Below are positions 54,775 through 64,000 of a stretch of 64,000 nt of DNA, piece by piece. Source of the stretch: Hormiphora californensis (taxonomy: Eukaryota; Animalia; Ctenophora); contig CM035360.1 in NCBI GenBank assembly GCA_020137815.1, positions 7,998,001 to 8,062,000 on the forward strand, given 5' to 3'. Made by a program: the position numbers and the translations under genes. The notes under the pieces are model-generated. The model saw only the letters and a program-made list of their open reading frames with translations, was not told the DNA's origin and did no database searches. The first letter of the stretch is position 1, and every line of letters starts with the position of its first letter.

Positions 54775-56094
54775 GTTGGCCCCAGGACGTGGCGTCAATT
54801 TTTGAGTGGCGGAGATGTCAAAATTTTTTGGCGCTTGCGGATGACGCCACACCCGAAAAAATCGAATCGCTAATTTGTTTTTTTGGCCTATCATTTGGCG
54901 CTAATTTTTGGCGCTAATTTTTTGGCGCCATATAAACTGATGCCAGAAACCCCCTAGTGGCCCCCAGGAGGCGCTAGAGTCACCTAAAAGCCCCCTAGAA
55001 GTCTCCAAGAGGCCACTAGAGTCTATTAGAGTCCCTCAAAAGCCCATAAAGATCGCATGCAGCCCCAGATGAGCACACAAGGCCCCCAAAAAGCCACTAG
55101 AGTTCTCTAGAGTCCCCTGAAACGCCCCAAGAGGACACCAGAGGTCCTTGAATGTCCGTAGAAGTCCCTAAAGACCCACAGAGGCATCAAGGATTGAACA
55201 GTTAAAAAAGAGCTGTGTTTATGTAAATATATCGACATGTAAGAACTCAATTAGCGCCATGTAAATGGCGCTATAAATTACTTTGGCGCTTTGATGTGGC
55301 GGAGTTTATGTGGCGCTTTTATGTGGCGTCAATTATTGACGCCACACCGGAAATTCAAAAAACCACATGGCGCTAAAATCGACTAAAAATCCATTGGCGC
55401 CATCCTCTCAAAATTGACGCCACGTCCTGGGGCCAACGCCACGTCCCTGGGGCCACAAGGCGGTTAAAACCGCCACGTGGCGGTGTTCAAGGGCCGTGGC
55501 CCTTCTACCGCTATAAAGCACTTAAAAGCGCTTTTGAAAGCGCTGTAAAGCGCTTTTTATAGCGCTATAAAGCGCTTTATAGCGCTTTGTAGCGCTATTT
55601 AAAGCGCTTTTCAAAAGTGCTTTTTAGACCGCTTTTAAAAGCGCTTAAAAAAGCGCTTTAAAGCGCTACTGTACGATTTAAAGCGCTTCAAAGCGCTATA
55701 AAGCGTTCTTAAAAGTGCCTTATAGCGCTTTATTTTTAGATTTTGAACAATTTTGAAAGCGCTTTATAGCGCTTTAAATCGCTACAAGAATCGCTTTAAA
55801 GCGCTTTGAGCGCTTTAAAGCGGTACCGCTTTAAAGCGCTTTTTCAAACGCTTTAAAGCGCTTTAAACCGGTCGAAAAAGTTCAGACCAGAACTACCATA
55901 TTACCGAATATGATTGATGATAATGTACTACATTAACCGTAGTATTATGCACTATGCTGCAGGGACATCACACACACACATCACCCACACACATGATATT
56001 GATCAAGCCTGAACAACAGGTTATTGAATCAATCGACCGTTCAACGGTACGAGGTGCCATCACTGATTTCGTGCAGTTGATCCGAGGATCACGA

Positions 56095-56509
56095 ATTCAA
56101 TTAATATGTCGTGATTACTGTTTAATAGCCCAACTGGTCATTCCGAAAAATCAGATACAAACACATTAATGTGCCGCACTGTATATGAGTTACTCCAACC
56201 CTCCAGTTTCAATGCTTGTTTAACGAAGGAAGTAACCAAGCGATCCACTGGATTCGATATATCTAGGCGCATATCATATTCCCACTGTACTGATGTATAG
56301 TGCTAATACATCAGTACTGTGGGAATATGATATGCGCCTAGATATATCGAATCCAGTGGATCGCTTGGTTACTTCCTTCGTTAAACAAGCATTGAAACTG
56401 GAGGGTTGGAGTAACTCATATACAGTGCGGCACATTAATGTGTTTGTATCTGATTTTTCGGAATGACCAGTTGGGCTATTAAACAGTAATCACGACATAT
56501 TAATTGAAT
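56095..56509. repeat. Near-perfect ~200-bp-arm palindrome
   Basis: Arms mirror around ~56302. Confidence 0.92.
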
Positions 56510-57509
56510 ATGATTGACAAGGTACCATACGACACACAGTCTGTCATTTACACTCACTCTCTCTCTTTCTCTCATTAATTATCCCCTTATCACGTTTTGT
56601 TTTTTTTTTGTTTTTTAATTTCCAAGAATTCCAATCTCCCTCTCTCATATCTCTCTCTTTATCTCTCTCTTCTTTTCACTGACAGTGTCAGAACTTGTCC
56701 CCTTTTGTGTAAAAGGTGAAGTAGTGTGTGTTAATCTTTTTGTATGTGTTTTTGGCAAAAACTTTTTGCTTAGTTTGTTTTGTCACATCTCTGTGTGTAA
56801 CCACTAACCACCCATAATTGTGATTGTTTTGCTTGTCTTGTGTTTTCTCGCGGAATATATACCCAATAACCTTCTGCACGTCTTGTGCAAGCGCCCCTAT
56901 ATCGCACTCTCGCAATATAGGTGTGAAATGCACTCCAGCTTCGCTGTCGTGCATTTCACCTCCATATACGCTCTGCAGTGCAGAGCGTATATGGCGCGCT
57001 TGCACTGCGTGCAGAACGTTTATATGTACTATATATATCAATTCCAATCGGTTTCGTGGCGCTGAACACGACTCTGACCATAAAAAGTTGATATCAAGAA
57101 CATGCCAAAAGCTGGTGTAAAACACACATATTTTTCTTATTTCGGTATTTTCGGTAAAAAAGTAAACTTTTTTAATCGCCTGGCCCATGTAATTGACATA
57201 CACTGTCCAAATTTGCCTCATACAACGTCTAGATGGTGTAGCAACGTTTAGACGGGTTTTGATAAAATCCGCTAAAATCGGCACAAAATTACTTGAGACG
57301 GGGAAAAACGTGCTCGATCAAGCTTAAGACGGCTTATAGACTGTCGTTGTGACGGGTCTCCGACAACGCCTGGACGGTGTCTAGACTGTACTGTCTCGAT
57401 GTCTAGACGTTGTATAGACGGTGTCGTCGCGAAATCTGCTTTTTTCAGAGTTGAGACGGACTTTTATCTCCATATATGTCGCAAAATTTAACAAAATCAT
57501 ATTTCTTAC

Positions 57510-57678
57510 CTGGAAGAAGATCTTCTTCGCTTCTTGTCGATTCTTTGGATCCTAGCTCATACCCGACTCCAGAGTCAAGGCTTTCGCTACTTTTGACGCA
57601 CCCGTTTCCTTTTCTCTCTTGATCGTACAATATATTACCTTCTGTTGGTAACACAGCTACAGATGATCCACAACCCAT
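57510..57678 (-). CDS. Stathmin-domain (STMND1-like) protein, first coding exon
   Basis: ATG at 57678; MGCGSSVAVLPTEG...SLDSGVG...EEDLLP; donor CCAG|gtaaga, phase 1; MGCxxS acylation motif. Confidence 0.75.
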
Positions 57679-58217
57679 TACTACAGAAACAAATAGTCCG
57701 AGTAGGTTTAAGAATGAGCAAGCATTATTCAGCTGCCACTGCACAGGGAGCAGCTACGAAGGGAAAATACCTTTCAAGGGCACGAAGCTATGCATATAGT
57801 CAGGGCACACGATGCCAAAAAATGCTGAAAAAGGTCATAATTGTTATCAAGCTAATTCCACTTCTAGTAGGCTCTAATACCTTGGTGCCCACCTTAAGTC
57901 GACGGATAAGGATTTTAACTTTAGGAAGGCTAAGACCTGGGCAGCCTGTCCTAGACTCAAAGGGATATAGAAAACTGACCTGAGAAGGAGCATTAAGGTA
58001 AACCTGTTCCGTACCACAGTAGAGGCCATTTTATTATACGGCGCAAAAACTTGGACGCTCACATCTACTATGGAGAAACAGTTGGATGGCTGTTATAGTA
58101 GGATTATTCGAATGGCGCTTGGTATCAGCTGGTGGGATAGGGTCTCTAATGAGGAAGTCTTCCAGAATGTCCCAAGAGTTTCTGAGACTGTGAGGACTCG
58201 TAGACTTAGGCTGGCTG

Positions 58218-58275
58218 TTGGTGACATAGACACCTGGTGCGACCAAGATTGAGCGCCAGGTGTCTATATCACCAA
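58218..58275. mobile_element. 58-bp micro-MITE, 9-bp TSD
   Basis: TSD GGCTGGCTG (58209-58217, 58276-58284). Confidence 0.9.
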
Positions 58276-58285
58276 GGCTGGCTGG

Positions 58286-59299
58286 CAGGAACCGACCGAT
58301 TATCGGAATCGTAATCGTTATCGTTTAAAAATCGTTATTTTTGCTGAATCGGTATCGGATCGTATTCGTTAAAATTTACAAAAAGAATCCGATTTTTTAA
58401 ACGATTTAAGGACATGTAATCAGTGACCAATGTCTAACTAGCCAGTAGAGACGGTTTCTTTGAACAGAATCCATTGATTACCCGAACACACGATCCGTGC
58501 TAAATAGCTGGTAGCACGGATAGTATTTCAGACCACTAATAAACACGTGATCAAACTGACCAGCCTATCAAATGATGGTATATCAAACCAATACCAATAC
58601 CAATGATGTATTATCACTTGATGCTCAGCTACTGCGTTCACCAATTGGGTATTGAGTGTTGTGCAGGGTATAAATGACAATTACCTTACAGTCCGTCATA
58701 CACATTTTTATATGGAATTTTGTGCTCGTATTTTCTGTCAGAATCTGTATAACACGCACGTGAATTTGAGCCGCGGCGCGGCGCATCTGCACGTGCGAGT
58801 TTTCAAGAGAGAGTGAGAGACAAACGTACAACGTTAATGTGCGTCTCTCTCTTTAATCTCGCACGTGAATTTGAGCCGCGGCGCGGCGCATCTGCACGTG
58901 CAGTTCATCCAGATAGAAATTCCAAATAGAAATCCCAGAGAGAAATTCCAAAAAAAATGTGTATGACGCCGTGTTACTCTCGTTAATTAAGCTCGCATAT
59001 TTCAAGAAACTTTTAAATAAAAAACTTTTTTTCTGGGAAACTACAGGTGTCTCTGAATTATGTGATTCACATTTGAAAAGTTTCTTATAAAAAAGTTTCT
59101 CACTAAAGCGTTTCTTAAAAAATGAGAGTAAGGTGTATGATATTGATACAGAATACAGATGAATTATGATGATTTATTCCAGTTAATTTTGAAACCCGAA
59201 AAATCGTTATCGTATCGTTATCGTATCGTTATCGGTTAAAAGTTTAATAATCGTATCGGAATCGGAATCGTTTTGAAATTTGGAATCGGTCGGTTCCTG
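58286..59299. mobile_element. hAT-like non-autonomous element
   Basis: TIR CAGGAACCGACCGATT, 8-bp TSD CTGGCTGG. Confidence 0.88.
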
Positions 59300-61194
59300 C
59301 TGGCTGGACATGTCCACAGGCACGAGGAGCTAACAGCTCACCAGCTGCTGTTCTGGGAACCAGATAGGGGCTCTAGAGGCCGGGGTAGACCCAAGAAAAC
59401 CTATATTAACCAGCTCAGGGAGGATACTGGCTTATCAAATGATGGCGACATCAAAAAGCTAATGGAACATTGTGTGCTGTAGCGGACCGAACTTATTACT
59501 CGGATAATGAACCGTCAAGTAAGTCAAGTCTCACTTTAAACCCCTCCGCCTCTCCCTTTACTACGCCTCGGGATCGTCGTCGTAATTTAAACCGTTCTAG
59601 GATAAACTACAGCTAGCTTTTCCAAGCGGCGCGCTGGGAGAAATAACGCGCCACTGGCAAGAGTTTATAGCTCATATAAAGTGGTTTGTCGATTGGAGCT
59701 ACGGGTCAAAAGTTTAAAAAATTAATTTGAGCACAGGAGTTCCAATCTCAAAATCTTTTCGAGACTAGCGCACCCATTGGGTGCGCCTCAAGTAAGGGCT
59801 TTTTGATAACTCATAACCCACCCGGCTTCGCCGGGTGGTTCTTTTCGCCCCTTTCAACGTCAATAACACGGTTGCCATGGCAACTGAATTGGTAACTATG
59901 GGGACTAGCATGTTAAAAGTCGAAAATGTTAACAAACTTCCACCTGCACCATCCGTTCCTAGCCTATCTCTCACTTTCTCCCTACTCATGTTGGTGTACG
60001 CTCTGGGCTTCCTGACAATTTCAAGGTGCGAATTTAAGAGATCAATGTCATGGAGGTGCAGTGCTGTTCCAGAAACTCATCATGTGAAAACTTGGCCGCT
60101 ATGTAGCCGATTCGGAGATTTCTATATTCGACTGGAGTAATCACCCTTAATCACCCTTGGGCGACTTTGGGTAAAGCTATCCGTAGTCATTGATTGGCTC
60201 GCTTGAACACGTTGGCGTAATCTGTTATATTCTCTAGCATGCTCTCTGACAGCAGCAGTTCTCCTGGACCTAGATAAACGTTGCCGAATAGCACTTTGGG
60301 TGGAAGAGCTAGACATCAGGACAGAAGTAAAAGAATGCACGTGCAGAATTGAATTTCCCCTTGGTGCCCAACTGCAACTGGGAGAGAGGTCTCCAGGTCT
60401 CTCTTATAATAATTGCACGTGCAAGTGTAGTTGCTAGGTGATGTAGCACTGACAATTTGAATAGTAAGTAGTATGATTGGACAAAAATTGTTTCTCACTC
60501 GAAATATATACGTCGTTCCGTTTTCTTGTGCTGGCATTTATAATACGTAGAATGATCAATAAACACAATTGTGTCATAATTAGGTTCAAATTTGACTTCC
60601 ACGTCGCAAATTGGAGTCCAAGTCGCCACTTTAGAGTTCAGAATCCAAGTCGATTCAAGCCGCCGACTTGGGACGATTTTTTCGCGCCGCCGACCTTTAT
60701 CAAGCTCGGCGGCGTCCAACTCTAGTATACACTCCACATTGATACAACAACTAATTAAGTGGAAAAATTTTTCTACCACAACTGTAATTATCTAAAGGAT
60801 GTTTTAATAATTCTTTATGAAAATCTCAAGCACGTATATAGTCTGCAATTCACAAGCTTTGACACAGAGCTCTTAGCAACTAAACGTAAATGTGTGTAGC
60901 GTGCGAGAGGTTTAAAATACTATGTCGTGGATAACAAGCAACAAGCAACGACAATAAATTTAACGGCAAATCTAGAAAATTTCCACTCTCAATAAGAAAA
61001 AACGGTAATATACCATGTCAGTTCCCGGCTTCTATCTCCACCAGCTTCCTGAGCCCCCTACCTCTGAAACCCAGCCTGAAAGCTGTTTTTGTCAGACTTT
61101 CCACTGTCTGACCTCGAGCCCAACCTCTATATATATGGCCATGTTCCAGTTGACACACTGCGCTGGCAAGCACAATGGTAACCATGGCCTTCCC

Positions 61195-61792
61195 TTGGTG
61201 ACATAGAAACCTGGCGCGACCCCCGCACACAGGTGCCCGCTCCGCCCCAAAAAGGGTCGTTTCTTTCAAGGGATGTTGCACGCGATCCACTGGACCGATT
61301 TGCATCCGGTTTGTCGCAAAAGACTACAAATTGATCCTAATATACTGGAAAATACCCGAGAAGTTTGTCTTTCAGCAGGAAGTGGGTCAAAATCGACACT
61401 GAATTCAAATCTACAATCTGACTTCCGAGAGTTTCTGCACTACGCCCATGCGATTTAAAAAATATTGGGAGATATGTGGATGCAATTAGAATTAGAATTT
61501 GATGCCGGGTATTTTCCAGTACTCACAAGGCCTCAACCTATCTCCCAATATCGTCAGACTCAGTCTAAACCGCCTGGGAGTGGTGCAAAAAGGCTCAGAA
61601 GCCAGATTATAGATTTGACTTCAGTGTCAATTTTGACCCACTTCCTGTTGACAGACAAACTTCTCGGGTATTTCCAGTATATAAGGATCAATTTGTAGTC
61701 TTTTGCGACAAACCGAATGCAAATCGGTCCAGTGGATCGCGTGCAAAAGCCTTGAAAGACACGACCCTTTTTAGGGGGCGGAGCGGACACCT
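61195..61792. mobile_element. Long member of TTGGTGACATA family (right end truncated); another at ~14745-17425
   Basis: Same TIR as the micro-MITEs, inverted arms 61235-61440 vs 61600-61790. Confidence 0.75.
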
Positions 61793-61811
61793 TTTTCAGT
61801 TATAATTGGTA

Positions 61812-63744
61812 GGGTAGACCGGGGTAATTTGGACGGTTTTGGCATTCAATTGGTATTTCAAGAGCCATTAATTTAGTTAATCAATTAGTTAGCTACTCAA
61901 TTTGTGCAACTGAACCTTTATCTTGAGCCTCAGAACAAATTTGAATCGAAAACATAACTTTTAATTAGCTAATTAACCTTGTTAATGAAGGTAAGTCGGA
62001 ATATTTTTGATCGCGAGACAGGGGGCAATTTGGACTAGTGGCTTCTAAACCAATCACAATGCGCGCATTCGATCACGTGACCGCGACACACCACATTGCC
62101 CCAGCTGTAAATCTGCGATGTAAATCAGACCGAGGGTGGGGCTATTTGGACAAACTTAGATTGTAGCCACAGTTTTTGAGATATCGATTTAAAACTTTTC
62201 AGTCATCTAGTAATTTAGTATCCCGTGCTATTCCTTTTTTCAAAATTAGTTAATTAAGTAGTAATTAGCCTAATTAACCAAAAAATTAAGTGTTCATCAG
62301 ATCTATATCTATAGGGTGCATTTTCGAAAGCTCAGGATTAGCCTAGTTGACTAGAGAAAGATTTAATCTTATCCCAAATAGGGTTTTTGAGAAAATCGAC
62401 ATCAAAGATCAAAAAGCCACAAATAAAGCTACGGTTTTCAAAGGAATGATGTGTGTGTTTTCAGGTGCTTACAATGCCATAAATTACTATTATGGAGATC
62501 CAGTCTAATAAATAATGACAGTGGCCGATTCCCACTCAATGTATTAAGTTGGATTGTCGAATGCCACACCATGGATTGACTTGTTACCTTGGCAACCAGA
62601 GGATTGGTTGTAAAATGCGCCTTTTTTTCTAATTTTTGGTCTATTTACTCAGTTTTAGCCATCTATATTGATTGAATAGGATAATAATGAAAGCAGGTTG
62701 TCTATGGTTGCCATAGAAACGAGTATAATGGCGCCATGACGCCAATTTGTCTTAACCAATTTGCCCCATGGGGCAATTTGGTCTAGTCCAAATTGCCCCA
62801 TGGGGTAATCTGGATTATGACCGAATTGCCCCCGATTTTTTCGTCCGAATTGCCCCGCTTCATTAAAATGCCAATTAGCTAATTAAATCGAAAGCTAATG
62901 TCATTTTGATGATGAAACTGGATAATTAAGTTTACCGAAATAAAGTTTAACTTTAAAGTCGTCACTTTTCGTTATTTCACACTAAACACCACAATTTAAA
63001 AGTCCCATACAAATCACTAGTCCACATTGGTAAACATACACACACATTGAGCAGGCTCAATTTAGCTAATCACTGGCGGGGTATGGGGCTGAGGCACTGG
63101 CAAGATATAGTGGGATCGCTACTTCCCACATCTCATGTGTATCCCGAATTGCGAATTTAAAAGGGTTGGGTGGTCTCTGGGACCGTCTAGACTTCGCTCC
63201 CTGTTAACATACCAGAAACCAGGGGTCCATCTAGCTCTCATACGCACTCGGCCATTACTTTCCCAACCAGTAGTACTGGATTTCACATCCTCTTATACTC
63301 GCAATTCAGGATAGAGACAATCCTTGTGTTCTAATAGCGATCACCCCGTATATCTTGTCTCTATCCTGAATTGCGAGTATAAGAGGATGTGAAATCCAGT
63401 ACTACTGGTTGGGAAAGTAATGGCCGAGTGCGTATGAGAGCTAGATGGACCCCTGGTTTCTGGTATGTTAACAGGGAGCGAAGTCTAGACGGTCCCAGAG
63501 ACCACCCAACCCTTTTAAATTCGCAATTCGGGATACACATGAGATGTGGGAAGTAGCGATCCCACTATATCTTGCCAGTGCCTCAGCCCCATACCCCGCC
63601 AGTGATTAGCTAAATTGAGCCTGCTCAATGTGTGTGTATGTTTACTGATCTTCCTCCTGGTGTTCCAACCCCCTCTACTAATAGTCCACATTGCCCCGTC
63701 CTGTGAACACATTGCCCCACCGTCCAAATTACCCCGGTCTACCC
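61812..63744. mobile_element. Family B-type TA-TSD element containing a large palindrome (63030-63644)
   Basis: TA|GGGTAGACCGGGGTAATTTGGACGG..CCGTCCAAATTACCCCGGTCTACCC|TA. Confidence 0.88.
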
Positions 63745-64000
63745 TAGTCATATCTAGAGTTATGACTGTCTTAAATATAAGACGATTTTAAAAAGATCCG
63801 AGAAAAGAGCGAATTAGCATCTAGAAGCTGATTGTATCAGATATATCTGATTATTAATGCTTATCCGTGATCATTATCCATGACTAACAATTAAAATCAT
63901 AAAATAATCGCGGAGAACCAATCGCGGATATCAATCGCGGATAACAAATAAATAATAGTAGTCGTGGAGAACTATAACAAATATAACTTATCACGAATAA

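Larger units (their letters stand above)
49416..55905. mobile_element. Large GG-terminated TIR element (Merlin-like) with ~450-bp internal repeats and nested inserts
   Basis: GGTAGTATGGTAGTT / AACTACCATATTACC; internal units at ~49625, 50570, 54960; GGCGCC- and AAAGCGCTTT-rich; TSD not clean. Confidence 0.65.
57870..59530 (+). mobile_element. RTE-like LINE 3' portion split by two DNA elements
   Basis: YLGAHL..AILLYGAKTWTL..RRLRLA|GHVHRH..RGRGRPKKTY; short CAAGT-like repeat tail. Confidence 0.88.

Noticed and set aside
56688-57284. 198-aa ORF
   Set aside because: Lies in a repeat also present at ~490-620 and ~4500-4620; no protein motif

Overview
Eukaryotic (animal) genomic DNA with short exons in TE-filled introns. 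Several MITE ends resemble repeats I recall from pleurobrachiid ctenophores; this taxon call is inference from memory and unverified. Two convergent host genes were reconstructed by hand from GT-AG phases. (1) The last five exons of an ABCC/MRP-SUR-type ABC transporter (NBD2) on + (1051-10916). (2) A ~39-kb, five-exon, 274-aa N-acylated stathmin-domain (STMND1-like) gene on - (57678-18267), plus a candidate 184-nt stop-inducing extra exon. Most remaining sequence is nested mobile DNA: LINE remnants (CR1, RTE-like, RT-RNase H, RLE-type, Penelope), and non-autonomous DNA elements with TA, TWA, TTAA, 8-bp and 9-bp target duplications, several confirmed by empty sites inside the window. There are also Helentron-like and Crypton-like elements, long foldback palindromes and microsatellites. 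The most unusual items are a 1.2-kb non-coding retroposon with a multi-hairpin 5' head and 14-bp TSD, and a Pol III tRNA-like unit sandwiched between inverted repeats. No CRISPR, rRNA or intact autonomous transposon was seen.
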